Assembly (NCBI GenBank): GCA_964437095.1
Contig: CAYTFH010000002.1
Span: 14,627 to 78,626, forward strand
Origin: an uncultured bacterium
GTDB lineage: Bacteria; Sysuimicrobiota; Sysuimicrobiia; Sysuimicrobiales; Sysuimicrobiaceae
Length of the DNA: 64,000 bases
Direction of reading: 5' to 3'
Every line of letters starts with the position of its first letter. Position 1 is the first letter of the stretch. Both the position numbers and the translations under genes were made by a program. The notes below the pieces were generated by a model. That model was not told where the DNA came from. It saw only the letters and a program-made list of their open reading frames with translations, and made no database searches. Shown in pieces: positions 49,999 to 61,782 of this stretch.

Positions 49999-50085
49999 CC
50001 CGGGGACGGCCCACCCGGGGCAGGATTCCAACGCGGGTTCGGATAGACTGCCACACAGCCACCTGCTGGCGGCCATTCGTTCGCA

Positions 50086-50116
50086 TCTATGCCTGCTTGA
50101 AACCTTGCCTATAATC
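50086..50116 (+). promoter_or_regulatory. AT-rich pocket with perfect TATAAT (-10) upstream of the LysM-M23 gene
   Basis: tgcTTGAAAccttgccTATAATctatcc sits in an otherwise 70% GC region. TATAAT is at 50110-50115; the -35 is ambiguous. Confidence 0.35.
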
Positions 50117-50156
50117 TATCCTTGGTCCGCGTCCGCGCGGGCTCCGCGGTCCGTCC

Positions 50157-51212
50157 GTGGCAGCCACAAAGACCCGACGGGAACCGGGAGGGGCGTTGCG
50201 TCGCGCCGCTTTCCGAGCCCTGGCCCTGTGCGCGGTACTACTGTTGCCCGGCCCGCGTACGGGCTCCCCAGAGGTGCACCGGAGGACGCCGGAACAGGTG
50301 TCGCCCTCCTCCGTGGTGCTGCTGCAGCGCCCGAAGCCCTTTGTACCCGAGGTGGTCACGCCTCCGGCCTTCCTGGTGGCCCGGGCAACTCCGCCCGGGC
50401 GCCCTCGGACGCTGGCGGTCCGGGCCACACCACCGGCTTCTCCCGCGCCCCGGCCGACCAGGCGGCCCGCTCAGCAGGCCACAGCTCAGTACCGGGTGGT
50501 GGAGGGCGACAGCCTGTGGTCCATCGCCCGGCGGCTCGGGACCACGGTGGAGGCCCTAGCCGCGGCCAACGGCATCTCCGAGGCGGACTTCCTCCAGCCC
50601 GGCCAGGTGCTAACCGTGCCCAGGGGCGAGGCGCCAGCCCGGCGCACCCCGCCGGTGAGCTCCACGTACACCGTCCGGAAGGGGGACACCCTGTGGGCCA
50701 TCGCCCTCAAGACCGGGGTGAGGGTGGAGGACCTGGCGGCGGCCAACGGGATCGAGGGCGACCGGCTACAGATCGGGCAGAAGCTGGTGATCCCCACGGG
50801 GCCGGTGGCGGCGCGCCCCCTGAAGGCTCTGCCCCGCACCCGGCGCGTGGCCTACCTGTGGCCGGCCCGGGGCGTGGTGACGTCCCGCTTCGGGGCACGG
50901 TGGCGGCGGCACCACACCGGGGTGGACATCGCCGCTCCCCGAGGCACCTTGATCCGCGCCGCCCGGGACGGCCGGGTGGTGCGGGCGGGGTGGTACGGCG
51001 GCTACGGGCTGGTGGTGGTGGTGGACCACGGGGACGGGATGGAGACCTGGTACGGGCACGCGTCCGCGGTCCTGGTGCGGGTGGGACAGCCGGTGGAGCG
51101 GGGCCAAGCCATCGCCCGGGTGGGCTGCACGGGCGCGTGTACGGGCCCTCACGTGCACTTCGAGGTGCGGGTCCGGGGCCGCCCCGTGGACCCGCTGCGG
51201 TACCTTCCCTAG
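50157..51212 (+). CDS. LysM-domain (two copies) M23 family peptidoglycan endopeptidase
   Basis: Two LysM motifs (YRVVEGDSLWSIARRLGTTVEALAAANGI and YTVRKGDTLWAIALKTGVRVEDLAAANGI) and M23 motifs (HTGVDIAA...HVHFEVR). Start uncertain. Confidence 0.8.
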   Translation: MAATKTRREPGGALRRAAFRALALCAVLLLPGPRTGSPEVHRRTPEQVSPSSVVLLQRPKPFVPEVVTPPAFLVARATPPGRPRTLAVRATPPASPAPRPTRRPAQQATAQYRVVEGDSLWSIARRLGTTVEALAAANGISEADFLQPGQVLTVPRGEAPARRTPPVSSTYTVRKGDTLWAIALKTGVRVEDLAAANGIEGDRLQIGQKLVIPTGPVAARPLKALPRTRRVAYLWPARGVVTSRFGARWRRHHTGVDIAAPRGTLIRAARDGRVVRAGWYGGYGLVVVVDHGDGMETWYGHASAVLVRVGQPVERGQAIARVGCTGACTGPHVHFEVRVRGRPVDPLRYLP

Positions 51213-51298
51213 ACCGCTCCCCTCGGGTAAGGCGGCCGGACCCCCTCTCGCGCTCGTCCCCTGCACGGAAGTGGAGCTCCTCGGGCGTCGCCATTAGG

Positions 51299-52210
51299 AT
51301 GGAGTCGGTGGCTTCGCAGAGGTTTCCCTACAGGGCGGCCATCGGAGGGCAGGCGGTCCTCGAAGGCGTGATGATCCGCAGCCCGCACTGGGTCAGTACC
51401 GCGGTGCGGACGCCGGGCGGGGTCATCGCGGAGGAGGTGCTGCACCGTCCGAGCCTGCTGGTTCACGTCCCGTGGGCACGGGTGCCCGTGGTGCGGGGTG
51501 CGGTGGTCCTGTGGGAGGCGCTGGTGGTGGGGACCCGGGCTCTGGTCTACTCCGCCACCCGGGCCGTGGAGGGCGAGCTGGGACGGCCCCTGTCCGCCAG
51601 GGAGGTGGGATTGAGTTTGGGCGTCGGCTTGAGCCTGGCGGTGGGGTTGTTCTTCGTCCTGCCCACGGTGGCGGTGCGGTGGGTGGATCGGGGCATGGGT
51701 GCGGTGTCCTTCAGCCTGGTGGAGGGTCTGGTACGCACCGCGGTGCTGGTGGGCTACGTGGGCGCGGTGGGGCTGCTGCCCGAAGTCCGCCGGGTGTTCA
51801 TGTACCACGGCGCGGAGCACAAGGTGGTGAACGCGTGGGAGCGGGGCTCGCCCCTGGTGGTGGAGGAGGTCCAGAAGCACAGCCGCTACCACCCGCGGTG
51901 CGGGACGTCTTTCCTCCTGGTGGTGGTCCTGGTGGCGGTGGTGGTGTTCTCCCTGCTGGGCAAACCGCCGCTGTGGTGGCGGGTGCTCTCCCGGGTGGTG
52001 CTGGTTCCCTTGATCGCGGGGATCGCCTACGAGGTGATCCGGGCGGGGTCGCGTTCCCGGTGGCTGCGGCCCTTGCTGGTTCCGGGGATGTGGCTGCAGC
52101 GCCTCACCACCCGGGAGCCGGATCCGGAGCAGGTGGAGGTGGCCATCCGGGCGCTGCGGGCCGTCCTGGAGCGGGAAGACCCGCGGTGGCTGGAGCGTCC
52201 CGTGGTGTGA
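51299..52210 (+). CDS. DUF1385 family membrane protein (YqhQ-like)
   Basis: [16 protein letters not shown] and [14 protein letters not shown] conserved DUF1385 segments. The protein is polytopic. Confidence 0.7.
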   Translation: MESVASQRFPYRAAIGGQAVLEGVMIRSPHWVSTAVRTPGGVIAEEVLHRPSLLVHVPWARVPVVRGAVVLWEALVVGTRALVYSATRAVEGELGRPLSAREVGLSLGVGLSLAVGLFFVLPTVAVRWVDRGMGAVSFSLVEGLVRTAVLVGYVGAVGLLPEVRRVFMYHGAEHKVVNAWERGSPLVVEEVQKHSRYHPRCGTSFLLVVVLVAVVVFSLLGKPPLWWRVLSRVVLVPLIAGIAYEVIRAGSRSRWLRPLLVPGMWLQRLTTREPDPEQVEVAIRALRAVLEREDPRWLERPVV

Positions 52211-52224
52211 GGAGGGTCGTGGAC

Positions 52225-53298
52225 GTGGCGGCGCAGGAGCGGCTGGAGCGTCTGGAGCAGCGGTACGAGGAGCTGGGCCGGCTGCTGGGGGACCCGTCCG
52301 TCCTGGCGGACCCCCAGCGGTACCGCCAGCTGGCCAAGGAGCACGCGGAGCTGGAGGAGGTGGTGGGGAGGTGGCGGGACCTGCGCCGGCTGGAGGAACA
52401 GAGGACGCAGGTCCAGGCCCTACTGCAGGACCCCGACCCCGCGGTCCGGGAACTGGCCGAGCAGGAGCTGGAGGAACTGCAGCGGCGCAGGGAGCGTCTG
52501 GAAGGCGAGCTGAAGGAGTTGCTGGCGCCCCGGGATCCCTACGACGACCGGAACATCCTCGTGGAGATCCGCCCCGCGGCGGGAGGAGAGGAGGCGGCGC
52601 TGTTCGCCGCGGACCTGCTCCGGATGTACACGCGGTACGCGGAGCGACGGGGCTGGAAGGTGGAAGTCCTGGAGCTGCACCCCTCCGACCTGGGCGGGGT
52701 GAAGTCTGCCACCCTGAGCATCGCGGGGAAGGGGGCCTACAGCCGGCTGAAGTACGAGAGCGGGGTGCACCGGGTGCAGCGGGTGCCCGAGACGGAGGCC
52801 GCGGGCCGCATCCACACCTCCACCGCCACGGTGGCGGTGCTCCCGGAGGCGGAGGAGGTGGAGGTGGAGATCCGGCCGGAGGAGCTGGAGGTGGACACCT
52901 TCCGGGCCGGGGGCGCGGGCGGCCAGAACGTCAACAAGGTGGAGACCGCGGTCCGGATCCGGCACCTACCCACGGGGATCGTGGTGACGTGCCAGGACGA
53001 GCGGTCCCAGCACCAGAACCGCGAGAAGGCTCTGCGGATCCTGCGGGCGCACCTGCTGGAGCTTCGGCGGAGGGAGCAGCAGCAGCGGATCGCCGCGGCC
53101 CGCCGGCAGCAGGTGGGGACCGGCGAGCGCAGCGAGAAGATCCGCACCTACAACTTCCCCCAGAACCGGGTGACGGACCACCGCATCGGGCTCACCCTGC
53201 ACCGCCTGGACGCCATCCTGGACGGAGACCTGGACCCCATCCTGGACGCCCTGGTCAGCCGGGCGCGGGCGGAGGCGGAGCAGGTGACGGCCCGTTGA
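52225..53298 (+). CDS. prfA: peptide chain release factor 1
   Basis: PxT-region context and GGQ motif ([25 protein letters not shown]). GTG start 8 nt after GGAGGG. Confidence 0.95.
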   Translation: MAAQERLERLEQRYEELGRLLGDPSVLADPQRYRQLAKEHAELEEVVGRWRDLRRLEEQRTQVQALLQDPDPAVRELAEQELEELQRRRERLEGELKELLAPRDPYDDRNILVEIRPAAGGEEAALFAADLLRMYTRYAERRGWKVEVLELHPSDLGGVKSATLSIAGKGAYSRLKYESGVHRVQRVPETEAAGRIHTSTATVAVLPEAEEVEVEIRPEELEVDTFRAGGAGGQNVNKVETAVRIRHLPTGIVVTCQDERSQHQNREKALRILRAHLLELRRREQQQRIAAARRQQVGTGERSEKIRTYNFPQNRVTDHRIGLTLHRLDAILDGDLDPILDALVSRARAEAEQVTAR

Positions 53299-54230
53299 AG
53301 GACCTTTCCGCCGGACAGCCGACACCCCACGCGCCGACCAGCGTGCGGGAGGCGTACCTCTGGGGGCGGGAGCACCTGGAGGCCTGCGGGGTGGAGGCGG
53401 CGGCCCTGGAGGCGGAAGTGCTCCTGCGCCACGCCCTCGGTGTGGACCGCGCGCAGCTGTACGCCCGCTGGCCCTGCCCGCTGCCGGAGGGTGCGTGGCG
53501 GCGGTACGTGCAGCTGTTGGAGGAGCGGGCCGCGGGCCGCCCGCTGGCGTACGTGGTGGGTGAGCGTGAGTTCTTCGGCCTGCGCTTCGCCGTGGACCCG
53601 CGGGTGCTGGTCCCTAGGCCCGAGACGGAGCTTTTGGTGGAGGTGGTCCTGCGCGCCACGCAGGGCGTAACGTCGCCCGTGTACGTGGAGGTGGGGACGG
53701 GCAGCGGGGCGGTGGCCGTGGCCCTGGCGGTGCACCGGCCGGACGCCACGGTGTACGCCACCGATCTTTCCGCGGCCGCGTTGGCCGTGGCGGTGGAGAA
53801 CGCCCGGCGACACGGGGTCCTGGAGCGGATGCGCCTGCTGGAGGGCGACGCGTTGGCACCGGTGCTGCAGGCCGGCGTCCGGGCCCACGCGGTGGCCTCC
53901 AACCCTCCCTACGTCCCCCCACAGGCGCGGGCCGAGCTGCCCCGGGAGGTTCTGGCGGAACCGGAGGTGGCGGTGTTCGCCCCGGGACCCCGAGGAGTAG
54001 AGCTGCACGAGCGCATCGCCGAACAGGCCCGCAGGGTTCTCCTGCCCGAAGGCTTGATCGCCCTGGAGGTGGCGGCCAAGTGGGACCAGGCCCGGACCGT
54101 GGCGGAGACGCTGTCCCGCCTCGGATACCGAGACCCGCAGGTGGTACGGGACCTGAGCGGCCTCGAGCGGGTGGTGGTGGCGAGGCAACCCCGCTCCGTT
54201 GCGGGTGAGGGCGGGCTGGACGTACAGTAG
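53295..54230 (+). CDS. prmC: release factor glutamine N5-methyltransferase PrmC/HemK
   Basis: NPPY catalytic motif (VASNPPYVP) and SAM-binding [15 protein letters not shown] start overlaps the prfA stop; start uncertain. Confidence 0.85.
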   Translation: MKDLSAGQPTPHAPTSVREAYLWGREHLEACGVEAAALEAEVLLRHALGVDRAQLYARWPCPLPEGAWRRYVQLLEERAAGRPLAYVVGEREFFGLRFAVDPRVLVPRPETELLVEVVLRATQGVTSPVYVEVGTGSGAVAVALAVHRPDATVYATDLSAAALAVAVENARRHGVLERMRLLEGDALAPVLQAGVRAHAVASNPPYVPPQARAELPREVLAEPEVAVFAPGPRGVELHERIAEQARRVLLPEGLIALEVAAKWDQARTVAETLSRLGYRDPQVVRDLSGLERVVVARQPRSVAGEGGLDVQ

Positions 54231-54299
54231 GGCCGAGGACCCCCAGGCCTTCTGGCGTTTTCACACGGGCCGCAGTCCAACAGCGAGGAAGGGAGCGAC

Positions 54300-54971
54300 A
54301 TGGTGGAGCTGGTCACGGAACACGTGGTCGTGCTGCGGGTGGACCCCGAAGCCCCTGCTCCCCGGCGGGCGGTGGAGGCCCTGCGCGTCGGCCAGGTGGT
54401 CGTGTATCCCACGGACACGGTGTACGGACTGGGCTGCGAGGCCACCAACCCGGCGGCCGTGCGCCGGGTGTTCGAGATCAAGGGAAGGCCCCCGGACCAG
54501 CCGGTGCCGGTGCTGCTGGCGGAGCCCCACCAGGCCGCGGAGCTGGCGGAGCTCAGCGAGGGCGCCCGCCGCCTGATCCGACGCTTCTGGCCCGGGCCCC
54601 TCACCCTGGTGCTGCCGTCCCGCGGGGTGGTGGCGGAGATGGTGACCGCGGGCACGGGGACGGTGGGGCTGCGGGTACCGGACCACCCGGTGCCCAGGGC
54701 CCTGGTGCGGGAGTGCGGGTTCCCCCTGGTGGGCACCAGCGCCAACTCCACGGGCAAGCCCGCGCCCGTGACCGTCCCCCAGGTGCTGTCCGACCTGGAC
54801 GCCCGCGTGGGGTTGGTCCTGGACGGCGGGCGCCTACGGGGCAGGCCGTCCACGGTGGTGGACGGCACGGGCGAGCGGCCTCGCGTGTTGCGGCCGGGCC
54901 CCATCCCCGCGGAGCTCATCGAGCGCGTGTGGGCGGGCGGGCAGGTGGAGGCGCTAGCGGCCGCGAAGTAA
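54300..54971 (+). CDS. tsaC: L-threonylcarbamoyladenylate synthase (YrdC/TsaC type)
   Basis: VYPTDTVYGLGCEATNPAAVRRVFEIKGRP YrdC signature. Confidence 0.85.
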   Translation: MVELVTEHVVVLRVDPEAPAPRRAVEALRVGQVVVYPTDTVYGLGCEATNPAAVRRVFEIKGRPPDQPVPVLLAEPHQAAELAELSEGARRLIRRFWPGPLTLVLPSRGVVAEMVTAGTGTVGLRVPDHPVPRALVRECGFPLVGTSANSTGKPAPVTVPQVLSDLDARVGLVLDGGRLRGRPSTVVDGTGERPRVLRPGPIPAELIERVWAGGQVEALAAAK

Positions 54972-54981
54972 GGGCGGAAGG

Positions 54982-55434
54982 GTGCGCATCGCCATCGCCA
55001 GCGACCACGCGGGCTACGCCCTCAAGGAGGAGCTGAAGCGGTTCGTCCAGGAGCTGGGACACGAGGTCCGGGACTTCGGCACCGACAGTCCCGAACCCGT
55101 GGACTACCCGGACTTCGTGGTCCCCGCGGCGGAGGCGGTGGCCCGCGGGGAGTGCGACTTGGGCATCGTGCTGGGCGGGAGCGGCAACGGGGAGGCCATG
55201 GCGGCCAACAAGGTGCCCGGGGTGCGGTGTGCGGTGTGCTGGGAGTCGTATACCGCGCGCATGGCCCGCCAGCACAACGACGCCAACGTGCTGTCCCTGG
55301 GCGCCCGGGTGATCGGGCCGGAGCTGGCGCGGGAGATCGTGCGCACGTGGTTGGACGCGCGGTACGAGGGCGGCCGTCACGACCGCAGGCTGGCGAAGCT
55401 GCGGGCCGTGGAGGAGAAGTACGGAAGGGGGTGA
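54982..55434 (+). CDS. rpiB: ribose-5-phosphate isomerase B
   Basis: [17 protein letters not shown]...[23 protein letters not shown] RpiB/LacAB family. Confidence 0.9.
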   Translation: MRIAIASDHAGYALKEELKRFVQELGHEVRDFGTDSPEPVDYPDFVVPAAEAVARGECDLGIVLGGSGNGEAMAANKVPGVRCAVCWESYTARMARQHNDANVLSLGARVIGPELAREIVRTWLDARYEGGRHDRRLAKLRAVEEKYGRG

Positions 55435-55441
55435 ACCCGGC

Positions 55442-56716
<1,275 letters not shown>

Positions 56717-56728
56717 GGGGGTGTCCGC

Positions 56729-57358
<630 letters not shown>

Positions 57359-57439
57359 GAGCATGCGCGGGAAACGTTCACGGTTGACGGGACCGGGATC
57401 CCCAAGGATGGCGCCGGGGACTTTTGGGGTGGGTTCGCC

Positions 57440-57919
57440 GTGGGCCGGCCGAGCTGGGACGAGTACTTCATGAGCATGGCGGCCTTGGCCGCCACCCGGT
57501 CCACGTGCGTCCGCCGGCGGGTGGGGGCGGTGATCGTGAAGGAGCGCATGGTGCTCTCCACCGGATACAACGACACCCCGAGAGGGATCCGGAACTGCGG
57601 GGAGGGCGGGTGTGCCCGCTGCGCGGGGGACGCGCCGCCGGGTACTGCCCACGACACCTGCCTGTGCATCCACGCGGAGCAGAACGCCATCATCCAGGCC
57701 GCCTACCACGGGGTGGCCATCGCGGGTGCCACCCTGTACTGCACGGTCCAGCCTTGTCTCGTGTGCGCGAAGATGATCGTGAACGCGGGAATCCGTCGGG
57801 TGGTGTACGCGGGCGAGTACCCCGACCCCGCCGCGGCCCGGCTCCTGCAGGAGGCGGGGGTGGAGTTGGTGCAGTACACCGGTCCAGTGGAGGCCTTGGC
57901 GTCCGCGGCCCTCCCCTGA
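57440..57919 (+). CDS. comEB: dCMP deaminase (ComEB-like cytidine/deoxycytidylate deaminase)
   Basis: Zinc ligand motifs HAEQNAI and PCLVCAKM. Confidence 0.85.
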   Translation: MGRPSWDEYFMSMAALAATRSTCVRRRVGAVIVKERMVLSTGYNDTPRGIRNCGEGGCARCAGDAPPGTAHDTCLCIHAEQNAIIQAAYHGVAIAGATLYCTVQPCLVCAKMIVNAGIRRVVYAGEYPDPAAARLLQEAGVELVQYTGPVEALASAALP

Positions 57920-57920
57920 C

Positions 57921-58592
57921 ATGGCCGCCCGCATCCTGGTGGTGGACGACGAGCGTCCTCTCGTGGAGTCCATCCGGTTCGCCCTGCAGCGGGAGGGCCA
58001 CGAGGTGCAGGAGGCCTTCGACGGGGTGCAGGCCCTGGAACTCGCCCGGACCGGTCGGTTCGACCTGGTGGTCCTGGACGTGATGCTCCCGGGCATGAGC
58101 GGCTTCGAGGTGTGCCGGGCGTTGCGGCAGGAGAGCGACGTCCCCATCCTGTTGCTCACGGCCCGGTCCCACGAGACCGACCGGGTGGTGGGGCTGGACC
58201 TGGGCGCGGACGACTACGTGACCAAACCCTTCTCCATGCGGGAGCTGATGGCCCGGGTGCGGGCGTCCTTGCGGCGGCGGGGGATGCAGCAGGCGGCGGT
58301 GCTGTCCGCGGGAGACCTGGTCCTGGACCCCGCGCGGCACGAGGTGCGTTGCGGCCCCCGGGTCGTGGTCCTGGCCCCGAAGGAGTACGAGCTCCTGTCG
58401 ATCCTCCTGCGGCACGCGGGCCGGGTGCTGACCCGGGACCAGCTGCTGGCACAGGTGTGGGGCTACGACTACACGGGGGACGAGCGCACCGTGGACGTGC
58501 ACGTCTCGTGGCTGCGCCGCAAGTTGCGGGAGGCGGGGTCCTCGGTGCGCATCGAGGCGGTGCGAGGGGTCGGCTACCGGCTGGAACCCTGA
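57921..58592 (+). CDS. OmpR/PhoB-family response regulator
   Basis: Receiver domain (VVDDE...[13 protein letters not shown]) and winged-helix C-terminus ([12 protein letters not shown]). Confidence 0.9.
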   Translation: MAARILVVDDERPLVESIRFALQREGHEVQEAFDGVQALELARTGRFDLVVLDVMLPGMSGFEVCRALRQESDVPILLLTARSHETDRVVGLDLGADDYVTKPFSMRELMARVRASLRRRGMQQAAVLSAGDLVLDPARHEVRCGPRVVVLAPKEYELLSILLRHAGRVLTRDQLLAQVWGYDYTGDERTVDVHVSWLRRKLREAGSSVRIEAVRGVGYRLEP

Positions 58593-58624
58593 TTTGTCCG
58601 GGGGTGGAAGGAGGCCCGGTGCGC

Positions 58625-59896
58625 GGGTGGGTATGGTGGGCCCTGGCCGTGGCCGCGGGTACCGGCGCCGCGTGGACCACCGTGGTCGGGGACCGGTGGG
58701 CCGCGGTGGCGGCGTGGCTGGGCGTGGCCGCGGTGGTGTTGGCGGGATGGCAGGAGCGCAGCTCGCGCCGGGCCGTGCGGGCCCTGGCGGAGTACCTGCG
58801 CCGCGGAGGCCAAGCGCCGCCCGGTGAGGCCGGCGAGCTGGCGGCGGCGGTGGCCCCGCTGCTCCGGGAGCTTCGGCAAGCCCTCCAGCACAGCCAGGTC
58901 CGCGAGCAGCAACTCCAGCAGCTCTTGGACGCCGTGCCGTGGGGGGTGGTGCTGCTGGACCCGCGGGGCCGGGTGGTTTGGGTGAACGGGGCCGCGCAAA
59001 GCCTCCTGGGCGTGGACGCAGGACAAGCGAGGGACATGGCCGCGGTGGCGGTATTCCGGCGGCACGAGGTGGACGGGTTGCTTCAGGAGGCGGGGCGTAC
59101 GGGGGAAGCGGCGCGGGACCTGGAGCTCGGGGGCGTGCTGCACGTGCGGGCCCGACGGCTGCGGGACGGAGGCTTCCTGCTCCTGGTCCAGGACGTGACC
59201 CGGGAGCGCAGGGCGGAGGTGGTGCGGCGCGACTTCGTGGCCAACGTGTCCCACGAGCTGCGCACGCCCCTGGCTTCCCTGCGCGCCATGGCCGAGACCC
59301 TGCGGGACGGAGGGTTGGACGATCCGCAGCTGGCGGCCCGGTTCGTGGACCAGATCCTGCGCGAGGTGGACCGCATGACCCGGCTGGTGAACGACCTGCT
59401 GGACCTGTCCGCCCTGGAGGCGGGCGTGGTGCGGCTGCGCTGGGAGGAGCTGGACGCGGGACGCCTCCTGCAGACGGTGGCCGCTCGCTACGAACCGGCA
59501 GCGTCCCGCAAGGGCGTGAGCCTCCTGGTCCGGCCCGGGGAAGCGGTGGTGCGGGGCGACCGGGACCGGCTGGAACAGGCCCTGGGCAACTTCGTGGACA
59601 ACGCGGTGAAGTACACCCCGCCGGGCGGACGCGTGGAGCTGGCGGTGGAACTCCACGGAGAGGAAGTGCACCTGGTGGTCGACGACACGGGCCCCGGGAT
59701 CCCGCCCGAGCACCTGCCCCGGGTGTTCGAGCGGTTCTACCGCGCGGACCCTTCCCGAAGCCGCGCGGAAGGGGGGACGGGGCTGGGGCTCGCCATCGCC
59801 AAGCACGTCGCCCTGGCCCACGGCGGCCGTGTGGAGGCTTCCAACCGCCCCACCGGCGGAGCCCGGCTGTCCCTGGTGCTGCCCAAAGGCCGCTGA
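58625..59896 (+). CDS. sensor histidine kinase (PhoR-like: 2 TM, PAS, HisKA, HATPase)
   Basis: H-box [13 protein letters not shown] and N, G1, G2 boxes ([19 protein letters not shown]). GTG start after GGAAGGAGG. Confidence 0.85.
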   Translation, partial: GWVWWALAVAAGTGAAWTTVVGDRWAAVAAWLGVAAVVLAGWQERSSRRAVRALAEYLRRGGQAPPGEAGELAAAVAPLLRELRQALQHSQVREQQLQQLLDAVPWGVVLLDPRGRVVWVNGAAQSLLGVDAGQARDMAAVAVFRRHEVDGLLQEAGRTGEAARDLELGGVLHVRARRLRDGGFLLLVQDVTRERRAEVVRRDFVANVSHELRTPLASLRAMAETLRDGGLDDPQLAARFVDQILREVDRMTRLVNDLLDLSALEAGVVRLRWEELDAGRLLQTVAARYEPAASRKGVSLLVRPGEAVVRGDRDRLEQALGNFVDNAVKYTPPGGRVELAVELHGEEVHLVVDDTGPGIPPEHLPRVFERFYRADPSRSRAEGGTGLGLAIAKHVALAHGGRVEASNRPTGGARLSLVLPKGR

Positions 59897-60034
59897 GCTT
59901 GCGCGTTCCTTGCCCGTCCGGCGGCGAGGTGGTATCCTACGCCCGACCCGCGATCGTGGAACTCGCCCGAACGCGCGCCCCGTGGCGGACGGGCCCTACC
60001 GGAGTCTGACGGGGCTTTCGCGTTTCGTAGCTTG

Positions 60035-60405
60035 ATGCGCTTCGTCCTCGTCTTGCTGGGCGGTGCTCTGGGAGCCCTGGCCCGTTACCTGGTGGACGAT
60101 GGATCCTGAGCCGCCCGGACACGGGCTTCCCCTTCGGCACCCTGGTGGTGAACCTGTCCGGCAGCTTCCTGCCGGGGCTCCTATCCGTGCTGACGGTGGA
60201 GCGGCTCCTGGTACCCGGGGAGTGGCGGATCTTACTCGGGGTGGGGTTCTTGGGCGCGTACACCACCTTCTCCACCTGGCAGTACGAGACCTTCCGATCG
60301 CTGGAGGCGGGGCAGTGGGCGGCGGGCCTGGTGAACCTGTTCGGGAGCGCGGTGGCCGGGCTCGCCGCCCTGGCCCTCGGTGTCCTGGTGGCACGGGCCT
60401 GGTGA
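60035..60405 (+). pseudogene. crcB: fluoride channel CrcB/Fluc, interrupted by a -1 frameshift (or a sequencing error)
   Basis: Frame A encodes MRFVLVLLGGALGALARYLVDDGS then a stop at 60107. The rest of CrcB (GFPFGTLVVNLSGSFLPGLL...GAYTTFSTWQYE) continues in the -1 frame to 60405. Restoring one T near 60098-60101 gives ARYLVDDWILSRPDTGFPFGTL, a normal CrcB spacing. Confidence 0.55.
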
Positions 60406-60750
60406 TCAGGGGGTCACGGGCCGGTGCCGGTACAGGATGACCCGGACGTTCTCCAGGGTCACCAGGCCCTCGCCGATCATGTCGTCCAGGACTGGGAGGA
60501 AGGCCTCGATGCGTTCGGCCTCGTCCGCGATCTCGATGACCACGGGCAGGTCCTCCGACAGCCGCAGCAGCTTGGCGGTGTGGATGCGGCTGCTGGCTCC
60601 GAACCCCATCAAGCCGCGGAGGACCGTGGCGCCCGCCAGACCCATCTGACGGGCGCGCAACACGATGGCTTCATACAGGGGCCGGTCGTGCCACCGGTCC
60701 GACTCGCCCACGTAGATCCGCAGGAGTAGACCTTCCTCGCTGAGCTTCAC
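60406..60750 (-). CDS. DUF190 (PII-like) protein, the family typically encoded next to crcB
   Basis: LLLRIYVGESDRWHDRPLYEAIVLRARQMGLAGATVLRGLMGFG signature. GTG start 4 nt after GGAGGGG. Confidence 0.75.
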   Translation of the reverse strand: MKLSEEGLLLRIYVGESDRWHDRPLYEAIVLRARQMGLAGATVLRGLMGFGASSRIHTAKLLRLSEDLPVVIEIADEAERIEAFLPVLDDMIGEGLVTLENVRVILYRHRPVTP

Positions 60751-60840
60751 CGCGCCCCTCCGCACAGTGGGACTTCTCGGTGGAAGCCGCGGGCTCCTCC
60801 CGGCCACCCGGCTGTGGACCCGGGGTCCCCAGAATCGCCG

Positions 60841-60862
60841 CGGTGGCAGGATTCGCTGCCAC
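60841..60862 (-). terminator. perfect 8-bp stem hairpin 9 nt downstream of the usp stop (weak or partial terminator)
   Basis: GGTGGCAG-gattcg-CTGCCACC, with no strong U tract on the transcribed strand. Confidence 0.3.
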
Positions 60863-60870
60863 CTCGCGGA

Positions 60871-61782
60871 TCATGTCGTCGACGTCAGCGGGACCAGCAG
60901 GACGGGGACCCTCACCACAGGCGTCAAGCGCGCCACCACGCTGCCGGCCCAGAAACTCTCCCAGGGGCCTCGGGCGTGGGTGGCCATGATCACCAAGTCC
61001 GGGTGCCGATCCGAAACCGCCGCGGCCAGCTGTTGGACCACGTCGCCGCGCCGCAGCTCCGCGTCCGCAGCGAGCCCTCGGCCGCGAAGGGAGGCCTGCA
61101 GGTCCTGCAGCTGCTTCCAGGCAGCGTCTGAAGCCAGGTCCAGCACAGCGCCGGCGGCCTGAGGGAGGAATACTGCGGCTGCGGCGTCCTCCGGAGAGAC
61201 GGTGGCAGGGGTGGGGATCACCGTGACGAGGTGCAGGCGTGCGCGGCAGGCCACCGCGATCTCCTCGGCCCACGGCAGGGCCGCGTGGGACTCCCCCTGG
61301 GGGTCCACGGGGACCAGGAGCAGCTGGATTCCTGGGCTCGGAGCGGCGGGGGCGGGGATCAGGAGGACGGGGCGGCCGCTGCGGACCAACACCTGCTGTG
61401 GGACATGCCCCAACAGGCGTGCCCTGAGGCCACCCCACCCGTGGGCTGCCAAGACCAGAATGTCCGCGTGAAGCGCCTCCGCTTGAGCCGCGATACACGC
61501 CGCCACGTCTGCCAGGGCGGCGGAGGCGACGTGCACCTCCACAGCCAGCCCCTCTCCCCGGATCCGAGCGGCGGCCTCCTGTAGGTAGCGCCACGCGGCG
61601 TCCGCGGTGCGTAGGTGCGGCTGCCCGTGGACGGTCTGGGGCGGGCGCGCCTCCAGGACGTGGAGGAGCGTGAGCCGGCCCCGGAGCGCCCGGGCCAGCT
61701 GGCACGCCACCGGCAGGCTGCTCTCCGAGAGCTGGGATCCGTCGAGGGCGACGACGAGATGACGGCCCGGATTCCCCGTCAC
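60871..61782 (-). CDS. universal stress protein (tandem UspA domains)
   Basis: HLVVALDGSQLSESSLPVACQLA...ILVLAAHGWGG and a second Usp repeat. GTG overlaps the mntH stop. Confidence 0.75.
   Translation of the reverse strand: MTGNPGRHLVVALDGSQLSESSLPVACQLARALRGRLTLLHVLEARPPQTVHGQPHLRTADAAWRYLQEAAARIRGEGLAVEVHVASAALADVAACIAAQAEALHADILVLAAHGWGGLRARLLGHVPQQVLVRSGRPVLLIPAPAAPSPGIQLLLVPVDPQGESHAALPWAEEIAVACRARLHLVTVIPTPATVSPEDAAAAVFLPQAAGAVLDLASDAAWKQLQDLQASLRGRGLAADAELRRGDVVQQLAAAVSDRHPDLVIMATHARGPWESFWAGSVVARLTPVVRVPVLLVPLTSTT

Noticed and set aside
50020-50045. A tRNA-like T-arm (GGGTTCGGAT) after rho.
   Set aside because: There is no acceptor-stem complementarity, no D-arm or anticodon arm, and no CCA context. 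It is likely a chance match.
59897-60034. A fluoride (crcB-motif) riboswitch upstream of crcB.
   Set aside because: The conserved GGCGAUGG, AACCGCC and CUGAUGAUGCCUAC elements are absent. Only a loose CCTAC match was found.
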